Source: Candidatus Woesearchaeota archaeon
GTDB taxonomy: Archaea; Nanobdellota; Nanobdellia; Woesearchaeales; JACPBV01
DNA length: 64,000 nt
NCBI GenBank assembly: GCA_016180135.1
Contig: JACPBV010000004.1
Span: 26,868 to 90,867 of the forward strand
Direction: 5' to 3'
This document shows positions 59,501-64,000 of the stretch, one piece after another (position 1 is the stretch's first letter; the number at the start of each line of letters is the position of its first letter). The translations under genes and the position numbers were made by a program. Below the pieces are notes generated by a model. It saw nothing but the letters and a program-made list of their open reading frames with translations, was not told the DNA's origin and searched no databases.

Positions 59501-62465
59501 AACACTCCCTGATTTTAATCAGGAAATTAACCTCCCCTCTACTGATGATCCTCAGTATACTCCTCCCGGGGATAATCCTCCATCAGAATTCCCATCTCCT
59601 CCAGTCAGTCCTCTTCCTCAGCTTCCCCTTATCCCCCTTTTCCCGCCATCATCTCCACCCATTGTTCCTCAGCTCCCGCTTATTCCTATCGCGCCTCTTT
59701 TCCCCTTCCTTCCGGAATTGCCTCCTGTCATTCAGCTTCCCCCGATTTATATCTTCCCGCCTGAAATCATTGTTCCTCAGCTTCCCCCTCAGCTGCCTTT
59801 GATTCCATTCCTTCCACAGCCGGCCCCGGAACTTATTCCTCAGCCGCCTTTGACACCTCCAGATCTGATTCCCCTTATGCCGCCGGAATTCCCTGCCCCG
59901 CCGGAACAGCCTGCTCCGGAATTAGTTCCGCCTCAGGAACCCATCATAAGTCCGGAATCTCCCGTCAGTCCGGTAGCCCCAATAACTCCAGAAGCACCTG
60001 TAACTCCGGAATCTCCGGAAACTCCAGAGCAATATGCTGAACGATTGAAAGATTTGGAAGCAGGCGCAAGAAGCATATCTGAAAACACATTCCCCTGCAG
60101 GTTCGCAAATATCACCAGCATTAATTCTTCAATTGCGCTTAAGAAAGGAAAAGTTACCAGGGAATACATCCCTAAAGGGTATGATCTTATTTTAGAGCCC
60201 TTCTTTGTTTCCTGCAGCGGCCAGTCCCTCCAGCTGACATTGAGCATTCCGGAAAACTACACTGATGTCCGGCTGTTTAAATGCGCCGAGGGAAAATGTG
60301 AGCCAAGGGCCCTTACCACGACCCAGGACCTGAGATGCCTCCCGAACGGCTCAAATGAGATCAGGCGCGTCAATGATTATCTTGAGCCAGAGTTCATCAA
60401 TGTCCAGACAAAAGAAGTTAAGGCAAATATCACCCAGCTCTCAACTATTCTGGCTTCAGGAAATAGGTCAGTCCAGTTTAAGGGCGGCGCTATAGAGAAC
60501 ATCACTGCCCAGCTGGTTAAGTCCCTTAACCCCGTGGAAGAGCCAAAGAACAAGTTTCTGAAGATTGTTGGCATCCCCCTTATCATCAAAGTGGGCGATG
60601 AGGGCAGCGTTGGGGACAGCCAGGGGGATAATCAAGAGGATAATCAAGAGGATAATCAAGAGGATAACCTTAGGGATAGCTATGAGGATATCAATGAGGA
60701 TAGCCATGAGGATAGCAATGGGAATAGCCGGGGGGACAGCAATGAAGTGAAGATCACACTCCCTTTCTCAAAAACCGATATTGGATATGTTGACGAAAAA
60801 AGCCTGTCGCTTTACGGGAAAGTCCCTGAAGGATGGTCATGGATTCCAAGCGCTATATCCTTGGACCATAGCTCTGTGTCAGCAGTTATCTCAAACATGA
60901 GCGCTTATCTTGATGGCAGCAGCACCGCTACCTTTGCTGTTATGGGAACAATCTGCCAGAACTGCACGAACACCGTGCTTGAGAGAGTTTACAACGGAAC
61001 CTCAAGGAAAGCATTGCTTTTGGTCCACGGCTTTGCAAGCTCCCCCGAAACATTCTCTGAGATCCTCGGAGATATCAGGCAGACAAAGCAGGAATTCCAG
61101 GTATGGACATTTGCTTACAGCTCCAGCCTGCCCCTGCAGCAGATTACCGATGAGCTGATAAGCCAGCTTCAGCGCAGTTCTTTTGAGTTCGACATCCTTT
61201 ACATCGGTGCCCACAGCCTCGGAGGCATTGTTGTCCAAAAAGCCCTTGACGATGCCTCGTCAAGAAACAAGGAAGTATTCACCTACTCCTTCCTGCCGAA
61301 AGTGAAAAAAGTCATTATCGCAGGAGCCCCTAATGAAGGCTCAATACTCTTAAGGGCCTATGAATCAATCTACAATTTCCTGATTAACCATGCAAGCAGG
61401 CTCAACAATCTTTTCAACCCAAGCCCCGACTTTGTTGAGATCCTCAGGAAAGGCCTGCTTGTCCCCCGCCTTGAGGGAGTTGAATATTATGTTATCGCAG
61501 GAACAAACCCTGATGAGTTCCCCGGATTCTTGAACCTCATCAGGGTCAATGACACCAACGACGGCCTTGTCACAGCAAAAAGCGCGCAGCATATCGGCGA
61601 TGCTGTCCTTGATGACCGCTGCGCTAATTTCTGGGACATCAATGTTTCCCACACGAAGCTTATCGATGATGACGTGTCAAGGAAGCTGATTGAGCGCATC
61701 GTCGCAAAAGAGATATTTCAGGAAGGCGATGACCTTGCTCTCGGCCATACGAAATATTTTGAAGTCAATGTCCCCTTGTGCAGGCCTGATGAAAAGTATA
61801 TCCTCATCGGAAAGCCGGTTCCTGCTGCGGCGATAGAAGACCCTACAGGATGCCTCTGCGGGAACGGTGTCTGCGGCATCGGTGAGACAGAGCTGAACTG
61901 CCCGTCAGACTGCTTTGTAAGTCTATCCCCTCAAAGATTCTTAACCGTCGGATGGCCGCTGTTCCTGCTGCTGCTTCTGTTGATGGGGTCAGGTGCAGTA
62001 TATCTTCAGCGGAGAAAGATTCATTACTGCGCTGAGCTTTCCTATTATCAATTCCTCCGGCAGGATTGGGCAGCGGTAAGGGGAATGCATGTGAAGAAAG
62101 CGGTCCAGGCATACCGCCGCCTGTTGCTCATCTATAGGGCGCTTCTCGGGCATGCCGGAAAGTTCCACCAGCTTGTCCTGTATTGGAAGGTAAAAAAAGT
62201 CTACACTGCCCTCATGGGATTGAGCATTGAGGAGCGGAAGCTTCTGGCCTTTGCCGATAAGGTCGAGGCAGCAGTCAGGCGCCGCCATCCTTCAGCCCAA
62301 AAACTTTATCGTTCATTGGAACAGCAATACGAGAGTCTCCTGCAGGAAAGGATTGCAGAGGAGAACAAAAAGCAGGGCCTGTTTGCCAGGCTGGCTATGA
62401 AACGAAGGGATAAAAAAATCTACGGAAGAGTCCTGGGGATTTACAGGCAGTTGAAAGGGAAGTAG
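47499..62465 (+). CDS. giant (4,988 aa) doubly anchored, sequon-rich multidomain surface protein
   Basis: A single uninterrupted ORF. There are hydrophobic anchors near both ends. In between are Cys-rich modules, parallel beta-helix (PbH1-like) repeats, a LamG-like lectin domain, Ig/FN3-like repeats, a Pro-rich linker and an alpha/beta-hydrolase domain (GAHSLGG). Confidence 0.9.
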   Translation: MKQSSKVKEISAGIRELRLSGKNADNARKSYARLLEALLQEKEKLQSHLSKGILSEQNYDQILQENLDGKTRMQWIAYCENILGSADSKKQQYRRWVGVLEDDIGRIKRSFRKGSISQEAYHHLLNQKIEGKTREGWIVSAKMALYGLEEGESLAGAQGILSRSASSVIRASKSLLEEKKELLVNTAPIILMLLLLSLSAFFISPAHTGFAVISIENGFEDSLNLSLNGSSSFLWAPASHGMITNIAVSGRLSKGAGAKIYLEKAGRLYLLLDTEAGLKTETVLQEIPGIAAGISSLPQQKIPLTGEIENLSVALIGSGPVQSANDIFKFGLKQRAGLDNSSSVPDENFCALWKVNNVSAECYGNADCCSFAGLEASGSWNDTFYLYSGRFSAKKDNLIEPILISYDVNLSIPKSDIRISSAVAEAHFADELERFSLACMETCSGLEFNESRYSLVVSLAIGSLILDSISYKMAESYNVSENSPLLQKNISNVSLYQNENITLSLNDFFADADSDALVYYAYPAENISFSFYQGNITVIPDKDFLGKASTFFTASDGFFNATSGIIDIEVAEKPLLPAQVSVTQTPIKPKVRVNEPVKWVTRVNSTRKVINLTMSLAHGAENISVRELTQGSIDTSRVIDTSKVIDTSKVIDTSRVIDTAGFMNLKSVFVSEQGQTKNLSLYNAEKYLARLESREEMLIETKRGKIKNDPTEIEALKSLNTQLRDVENEKNRITGFVVAQRGQKGIITRFFEWLIQSDLVGFAILNAPLAPITTPSTNLIPTPTTNHATNSFPTPSTNLIPTPTTNLEEPGENAHPPVLTIAEGIKEAEITYFTEAPVAEEFNLSESGKRIIISSDIHYENITAFTYLPGEYASSGIHLYWMKNGSREEVNFTAFDENNNGRIDYIEWIIPSLSNQTYDLSLTIITLKSYPIIGRNWTTEFNVSGTANLTITAVNSTSFGQVYVDNFSSEDDLYLRELKCGNLTVWNNGTNYSSGNVFFVLSNGTEAAWSETFGNSLPVTSLKVVDFSCSSSAYHIVKVETHGDHVQEFTFGNITKYAYNHAGGTACGSDGLGSTCQGGGNASLDTCIDTDSSNTLDGSDFCHGANQCLDSHIGASCNYATGPTSGLCAYNGATSATCSNLVISGEYGTGITGGSSVNFHSGNENSSCSPASEMMVCNISTGYNPQGGDLCLDSSCTDPASGIVSLNCIDQSCSTSDVSDAAVFGDCNATGGGWACDSSLGSSGFAQDGICSVTSGFNTYGCAASGYICNATSGPFAGTIFKNGCGVGMECSDNDPCDSSLTDGNFNKAAGTCSGTDCVGVAVASIYAFNHSKTSPTSLYLVNGSVNSSVINGTNITHNQTLNFTHPTFGLRLQIIANFSSWDVDISNLTIDANNFSTAVNWTFVDQRAVPKNHTLYVPNTLQLGVYACGTANSTGEVFPKCPNRTVWTDSELGAGSVVVRNGLVAYELSNRYVVSNLSGSGIGQGVAECGALNRENVTYNLLQSVTDTDTCFTISANNVTLDCNNFSITYATAANGNGITVSNVNRTTIRNCTFIKTSGQGSSYAVQLSGANNASISNSSFTAASLISYPIYLTSSSRTNLIQNNNITASGGSPGIYIDSSSGQNIILNNNITTVAASAPAVYITGSSNNTLDGNNITTAGKASFGIQLDASSFNTTIIFNNITTEGNSSHAVYILAASNFTKVLKNVIITKGWTSSGIMISDASYNMAENNSLDILNSTNAAFYINQSSLANSFSKNNVTFSRGDAIHIIYDPKPTSDGGPVPRFNNFSNNTFSNISGFDLMLTPMISAPGVSQINLTTLIDQPIKRYNFTNYGGLFAIRSSEFGEIAFFTVINGSGTNFSNDIIIKNNSITVNASAGNGIFNSSANLTFFNLGDRGFANPAILYNGGTCDLTTSPLCLNFTGLTAATVILNVTHFSNYSIGGQVDLSTPTVSVISPTHRNYTLRQIDFNISLNEAGSACKMALDSEGNITMSAVNSSYYNFTNVSVSTAFHNVTFFCNDTSNNFGIVTGYFRVSINATCAFGLNCSQHFGLDACVDTTADNTPDSCQNETRDCASYIGKSCDLSNNSQGICTNNSRCEGNLLVAGEYGLGIVGGSLGDFHSGNETAGCSGGTEAMICNASINSSYSPKAWSYCADNSCIEPATTSAVSFDCKDNECSIADISAAAFQPSCVSGWACDSPVNGSGWSQDGICDSSGTPQCIIDGRGNVCNSSSGTLVNSSCGSSCAANDPCDATLADGNFNRSYGACQGSSCTQITANGKPSVSVPAFNTSSPSSTDVIRAQVNYSDPDANQGDVFIFWFSNNTNIYNRTFSRVSNGSVLNATLGPLNFTRGRVINVTVNATDGQLYSLTNASIPLTIGNAPPALASPALNISTPSEIDSIKVNTTYSDQDNDTGSVNITWYVNQVPKFNQSFQGVANGTVLTSNFSLGNFNETDKINVSIIANDSSSNGSLVWSRSAIITPGPNVSSCGNLSLNQTTFTLQQDVSAAQTCFSLSGEDIVFDCAGKSINYSSGYWGSAFNNSLGFSNITIKNCVINQQNQTAGSSPALDIKNAENMTIQNVSITTFGSSSYAISIDTGQNITISGSTLKTNGSNAFAIYLTGGRGNITIINNTIETNGSAADGIDSTGVDSQNIFGNTITVRGADSRAIDPGVSDDNSIKANIINASGADAYGISVGGASHIDNTVGNNIIDLYGTGSIGIFLGVDGFASHANNTITARGSSSIGIDISNTRYTEIYNNTINISGSSGRGIRSDTTPDNMNIRENLITITGSGGMGAYLKQATSFNFTNNTILVNAGTSTGIYTETSSALNISLNTINATGSSTRAVVIWRTERSVFKYNNITYAGLDAFFIDNGNGNSYYNNFTGNSIGGSGGHDFFFDDPNILGTRFIDQTVREINLTTGGMEMYIENTTFGEIYFFKNTTGDSVDLNSNLIIGNNTVSVNSASIPGFNTSANISLYALGSRGFSVPVILRDSDTVCNRTSAPQCTNFTGLDANVVRFNVTSWSNFSIADSGVSTPSIYFPANGKNHSSVPYLNFSSFDSNGNPITYNVYINGTLNATTTTNITSWNASDGYYNMTVSASAGGLGSANATYTFFRKDGVQPSFADNQTNVTSAKINDIIQFNLTVMDNASGLSYYLFSWNGTGAWDNLTNASLTGAGRKLVLNKTLAVSSGNTIGYRWFVNDSAGNMNETETRIFSIGNTAPNLTAPQLNDSSLYASEDIQASATYEDADGSAGTVVFQWFRNNSLIFNQSFHGLANGTTPYSNLSRSNYSAGDLINVSVFANDSSQASAVVNMNINALTVQETEVPQIRFIGPTPPNGTKTPINFTVVNISLEESNLNILKLDWNGSNYTLFNNTLVLALNFDNRSSLGENNSLVKDISRNYYPGILSGPVFGSASGIYGGAYTFDGLDDNITFPHTGHFDINNGSFTMESWIKMNPNATGPRHIMGKRSDDGGNWTRLYSLDGDVRFEFTGGVAVQAPGPFNDTLWHYIIATRLANGTSILYVDANLTYAGTNPGNVSNQANFTIGRWSYENSFNGTIDEVRFWNRSFTEKEVNITYHSNLKKLNQSGYGLIYNATGLLDNRTYNYSAYAQDDAGNENRTETRSISIDATPPSFSLNQTNASQAAKNGNISFNITLADSFTGLSFYLFSWNGTGAWENLTNGSLSAASSQSLSLNKSTNLTNGSVVAYQWFANDSAGNKNSSGEGSFIIINAAPSTPVVAAPVSGSNLTNVAINFSSSDTDGHQITFRIFINNTLNITTTANITAWNASDGFYNLTITATDGSTSSQNSTVIFFRLDTTAPGFSGNQTNSSAARQDGNITFNITMTDLGAGLSSFIFSWNGTGAWENLTNGSLNGASSQFLNINKSPAVAANKVVGYRWYANDSANNFNSTETGTFSILPTCGDSLCDSSEATSCAADCDWCGDSVCSSGETCSSCSSDCGSCPGGEYHSPAPSPPSSAPGSGYSAPPNVQPPSVTLPDFNQEINLPSTDDPQYTPPGDNPPSEFPSPPVSPLPQLPLIPLFPPSSPPIVPQLPLIPIAPLFPFLPELPPVIQLPPIYIFPPEIIVPQLPPQLPLIPFLPQPAPELIPQPPLTPPDLIPLMPPEFPAPPEQPAPELVPPQEPIISPESPVSPVAPITPEAPVTPESPETPEQYAERLKDLEAGARSISENTFPCRFANITSINSSIALKKGKVTREYIPKGYDLILEPFFVSCSGQSLQLTLSIPENYTDVRLFKCAEGKCEPRALTTTQDLRCLPNGSNEIRRVNDYLEPEFINVQTKEVKANITQLSTILASGNRSVQFKGGAIENITAQLVKSLNPVEEPKNKFLKIVGIPLIIKVGDEGSVGDSQGDNQEDNQEDNQEDNLRDSYEDINEDSHEDSNGNSRGDSNEVKITLPFSKTDIGYVDEKSLSLYGKVPEGWSWIPSAISLDHSSVSAVISNMSAYLDGSSTATFAVMGTICQNCTNTVLERVYNGTSRKALLLVHGFASSPETFSEILGDIRQTKQEFQVWTFAYSSSLPLQQITDELISQLQRSSFEFDILYIGAHSLGGIVVQKALDDASSRNKEVFTYSFLPKVKKVIIAGAPNEGSILLRAYESIYNFLINHASRLNNLFNPSPDFVEILRKGLLVPRLEGVEYYVIAGTNPDEFPGFLNLIRVNDTNDGLVTAKSAQHIGDAVLDDRCANFWDINVSHTKLIDDDVSRKLIERIVAKEIFQEGDDLALGHTKYFEVNVPLCRPDEKYILIGKPVPAAAIEDPTGCLCGNGVCGIGETELNCPSDCFVSLSPQRFLTVGWPLFLLLLLLMGSGAVYLQRRKIHYCAELSYYQFLRQDWAAVRGMHVKKAVQAYRRLLLIYRALLGHAGKFHQLVLYWKVKKVYTALMGLSIEERKLLAFADKVEAAVRRRHPSAQKLYRSLEQQYESLLQERIAEENKKQGLFARLAMKRRDKKIYGRVLGIYRQLKGK
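48058..48117 (+). other. N-terminal transmembrane anchor of the giant protein
   Basis: The hydrophobic run PIILMLLLLSLSAFFISPA follows about 185 aa of charged, Lys/Glu-rich sequence. Confidence 0.7.
49395..49475 (+). repeat. in-frame 18-nt tandem repeat (IDTS[RK]V x4.5) in the giant ORF
   Basis: attgatacctcaagagtc / attgatacatccaaagtg / attgatacatccaaagtg / attgatacctcaagagtc / attgatactgct.... Confidence 0.9.
49817..49917 (+). repeat. in-frame 60-nt-period repeat (perfect 41-nt core x2; TPSTNLIPTPTTN)
   Basis: cactccctccactaatctcatccccacccccacaactaatc occurs at 49817-49857 and 49877-49917. Confidence 0.85.
50685..51465 (+). other. Cys-rich module 1 of the giant protein
   Basis: GGTACGSDGLGSTCQGG...CIDTDSSNTLDGSDFCHGANQCLDSHIGASC...GTDCVG. 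It is homologous to module 2 at 53615-54335. Confidence 0.7.
52032..52820 (+). other. parallel beta-helix (PbH1-like) repeat region 1
   Basis: A period of about 22-23 aa, e.g. NNNITASGGSPGIYIDSSSGQNIILNNNITTVAASAPAVYITGSSNNTLDGNNITTAGKASFGIQLD. Confidence 0.7.
53615..54335 (+). other. Cys-rich module 2 of the giant protein
   Basis: ATCAFGLNCSQHFGLDACVDTTADNTPDSCQNETRDCASYIGKSC...GSSCTQ is collinear with module 1. Confidence 0.7.
55035..56180 (+). other. parallel beta-helix (PbH1-like) repeat region 2
   Basis: ITIKNCVINQ...NVSITTFGSSSYAISIDTGQNITISGSTLKTNGSNAFAIYLTGGRGNITIINNTIETNGSAADGID... has periodic N-x-I/T turns. Confidence 0.7.
57639..58235 (+). other. LamG / concanavalin-A-like lectin domain (Laminin_G_3-type)
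   Basis: LALNFDN...GGAYTFDGLDDNITFPH...FTMESWIKMN...WHYIIATR...LYVDANL...FNGTIDEVRFWNRSFTEKEV is the canonical pattern. Confidence 0.8.
60612..60743 (+). repeat. in-frame 12-nt tandem repeat (11 units, 3 near-perfect) encoding an acidic [DE]-[DS]-x-[QNE] tract
   Basis: ggggataatcaa gaggataatcaa gaggataatcaa gaggataacctt ... translates to GDNQEDNQEDNQEDNLRDSYEDINEDSHEDSNGNSRGDSN. Confidence 0.85.
61011..61672 (+). other. alpha/beta-hydrolase (lipase/esterase, PGAP1-like) domain
   Basis: LLLVHGFASSPETF (oxyanion region), the nucleophile elbow GAHSLGG (61206-61226), and later NDGLV and SH as candidate Asp/His. Confidence 0.7.
61941..62007 (+). other. C-terminal transmembrane anchor of the giant protein
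   Basis: WPLFLLLLLLMGSGAVYL is followed by RRK and about 150 aa of basic helical tail. Confidence 0.7.
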
Positions 62466-62554
62466 GGAAATCAAGGTTTCATCCCAAAAAGTCCGAGAAT
62501 AGGGTGCACAATTCCCCATAGGGCATTTCTTAAAAGTAATTATCGTTTTTTTTC

Positions 62555-62603
62555 AATGCAACCATTCCATCCGGTCTTTGACGGGGGGGTCGGATTATTT
62601 TGA
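62555..62603 (+). repeat. internally deleted family-D derivative (D4), abutting A5
   Basis: aatgcaaccattccatccggtctttgacgggggggtcggattattttga joins the D 5-prime end (aatgcaaatattccaccagtctttgac) directly to the D 3-prime end (gacggggggtggtcggatttcttttga). Confidence 0.5.
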
Positions 62604-62608
62604 AAAAA

Positions 62609-62844
62609 GAAAATTTCAACAACATTGGCGAGGCGAGGGTGGGGCCGCCCTCCGTTGCGAAGCAACCGGAACGCAGGATTATTCCTCCGTCCGCAGACCG
62701 GAACGCTTTTCCCCCCCATCGGGGTGCCCGAGCAGGGCAAAATTTTCGCGGAGAAACCTCCGAGCGGTAGCGAGCGAGGCACAAAAAACCCTAAAGGGTT
62801 TTTTCGTGAATTTGACCGTCGAGCCCTTCGTTGTTGAAATTTTC
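62609..62844 (+). repeat. family-A structured repeat, copy A5 (236 nt, expanded)
   Basis: It has the canonical closing stem. Two copies of the ccctcc-hairpin-ggaacgc submodule are inserted in the GC hairpin, and the AT hairpin is enlarged. Confidence 0.7.
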
Positions 62845-62935
62845 TGCGCAATGCAGCTTATAAAGAACCCACAAAACCTGTTTTATTTAACCGTCTTTTT
62901 CAGAAAGCTTTAAAACAATTCTTTGACTTATGCCT

Positions 62936-63214
62936 GGCGGGAAGGCTAGGCCGGGATGCTAGTGCCACCCTGTCACCTGAAACGCACTTCAGCAGGGGCC
63001 GAAGCTTTGCAAGCGGCATTTTGCTTTGCTGGTGGTCTTTGCCCGTACGTCGAAGCTCTGTCCTTTGGGATTGCCTGTTCAGTGAACCTGGTCAGGCCCG
63101 GAAGGGAGCAGCCATAAGCTGGATGGATGATGCTCAAGGGGTAGCGGAGTGGAGGAAAGGCAGAGGCAGCCATCATCAGGGTAGATTGTCCATTGCGGGG
63201 CATGCTTTCCCGCT
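62936..63214 (+). ncRNA. ffs: signal recognition particle RNA (archaeal-type 7S / SRP RNA)
   Basis: The helix-8 motif ggtcaggcccggaagggagcagccataag lies at 63089-63118. The terminal helix gcgggaagg (62937-62945) pairs with ctttcccgc (63205-63213), including one G-U. A length of about 280 nt fits the archaeal long form. The ends are approximate. Confidence 0.8.
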
Positions 63215-63239
63215 CTTATATTACCGGCAGAAAGGCAGG

Positions 63240-63572
63240 CTATAACTCAAAAATCAGTTTAAGTTTATGATCAACATCTTCTATTTTGCTTTCTTTCAGC
63301 GAACCAATTTTATAGGAGATTATAGATTTTTCTGCGGTGAAAATTCTATTCGGCCGAATCCTGCTTTCAACCTGCAGTCTTCCAGCCTTAAAGTCGGAGT
63401 CATTGAGGACAACTGAGTATTCATCTGTCCTCGCTTCGCTGGTAATCTGGCAAAGAACAACATCGTCACCTGTAAGCGCCGCAATAATCAAAGCTGGCCT
63501 TTTCTTTGAGCCGCTTAAGTCGGAGAATGGAAATGGTAGGACTACAACTTCCCCCTTTACAAATGTGCCCAT
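63240..63572 (-). CDS. mazF: MazF/PemK-family type II toxin (endoribonuclease)
   Basis: GEVVVLPFPFSDLSGSKKRPALIIAALTGDDVVLCQITS is the PemK signature. Confidence 0.85.
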   Translation of the reverse strand: MGTFVKGEVVVLPFPFSDLSGSKKRPALIIAALTGDDVVLCQITSEARTDEYSVVLNDSDFKAGRLQVESRIRPNRIFTAEKSIISYKIGSLKESKIEDVDHKLKLIFEL

Positions 63573-63805
63573 GCTTTGTCTTCCTCTTTGGTGCTCCAGT
63601 CTTTTGCCAAAACCTTTTCGGAAGCAAGGGCAGTCAGAATTGGTTCGTTTAATTTTTTTAAAGGCCTTAACTCCACCTTATCCTGAAATGCCAAGATTGC
63701 CACCTTTGACCCTACCCTGAACCCCTCTCTTTTTCTAATATCGAGGGGAATTGAGATTTGGCCTTTTTCTGTGATGGTGACTGTTTTAATTTCCAGCAGC
63801 GGCAT
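63557..63805 (-). CDS. AbrB/MazE/SpoVT-family antitoxin
   Basis: TVTITEKGQISIPLDIRKREGFRVGSKVAILAF is the motif. A 16-nt overlap links it to the toxin gene. ggaggt lies 7 nt upstream of the ATG. Confidence 0.8.
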   Translation of the reverse strand: MPLLEIKTVTITEKGQISIPLDIRKREGFRVGSKVAILAFQDKVELRPLKKLNEPILTALASEKVLAKDWSTKEEDKAWAHL

Positions 63806-64000
63806 TGGTTACCTCCCTGTTTCTTTCAGGTAAGGAAAGTAAGAAGAGATATAAATGTTTCTGTTACGGGCGGTGAAATGTTCTCATTTATTCGTCTTGA
63901 CAGGGATTAATATCTCCGGTTAATCACTAAGAAACAACCGTCAGCCATCCCTCATATTTCTTATTCCTTCCGTGCACTACATCGAGATAAATCTCCTTCA

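Noticed and set aside
62530-63245. ORF-track ORFs 62530-62784, 62540-62851, 62578-62913, 62625-62837, 62973-63203 and 63021-63245
   Set aside because: The first four lie entirely within the D4/A5 repeat block and translate palindromic repeat sequence on both strands. The last two overlap the SRP RNA.
63961-63999. Possible 3-prime end of a minus-strand gene running off the window (…EGDLSRCSARKE-stop)
   Set aside because: Only 12 codons are visible, which is too short to support any call.
1-64000. The window being a Borg-like or other giant extrachromosomal element, because of the perfect intergenic and in-frame tandem repeats
   Set aside because: Genes run on both strands in ordinary operons. 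The window carries core housekeeping functions (SRP RNA, XPD, PIMT, Fe-S assembly, CopA). The tandem-repeat behaviour is noted, but element identity is not supported.

Overview
The window looks archaeal. AT-rich TATA-like boxes sit about 22-36 nt upstream of many start codons, there is a ~280-nt SRP (7S) RNA, and an XPD/Rad3 helicase is present. The lineage may be a small-genome, DPANN-like one, but that is inference only.

Layout:
- 1-36 kb: a large glycan or cell-surface biosynthesis island. It holds GT4 x3, GT2 x2, GT9 and four GT-C-like polytopic membrane proteins. It also holds a Wzx-type flippase, two AsnB-type amidotransferases, four SAM methyltransferases, nucleotide-sugar enzymes (gmd, UXS and others), a radical SAM/SPASM enzyme, a CDP-alcohol phosphatidyltransferase and a deacetylase.
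- 36-46 kb: housekeeping and metal genes. These are a DUF1858-IscA fusion with YgfZ, a PaaI thioesterase, an ArsR / Cys-motif membrane protein / CopA operon, PIMT and XPD.
- 47.2-62.5 kb: a small HTH gene coupled to one 4,988-aa ORF. The ORF has a hydrophobic anchor near each end. Between them it has duplicated Cys-rich plus beta-helix arms, a LamG domain, a Pro-rich linker and a C-terminal alpha/beta-hydrolase domain. N-x-S/T sequons are very dense.
- 62.9-63.8 kb: the SRP RNA and a MazF/AbrB toxin-antitoxin pair.

The most unusual signal is a population of about 18 structured palindromic repeats in several families. They occupy many intergenic spacers, mostly in the island. Several carry terminal inverted repeats with 8-bp target-site duplications. 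Several show compensatory stem changes, and they share GC-rich inner modules. I cannot place them in any named family from memory.

Short perfect tandem repeats recur, both between genes and in frame inside otherwise conserved enzymes.
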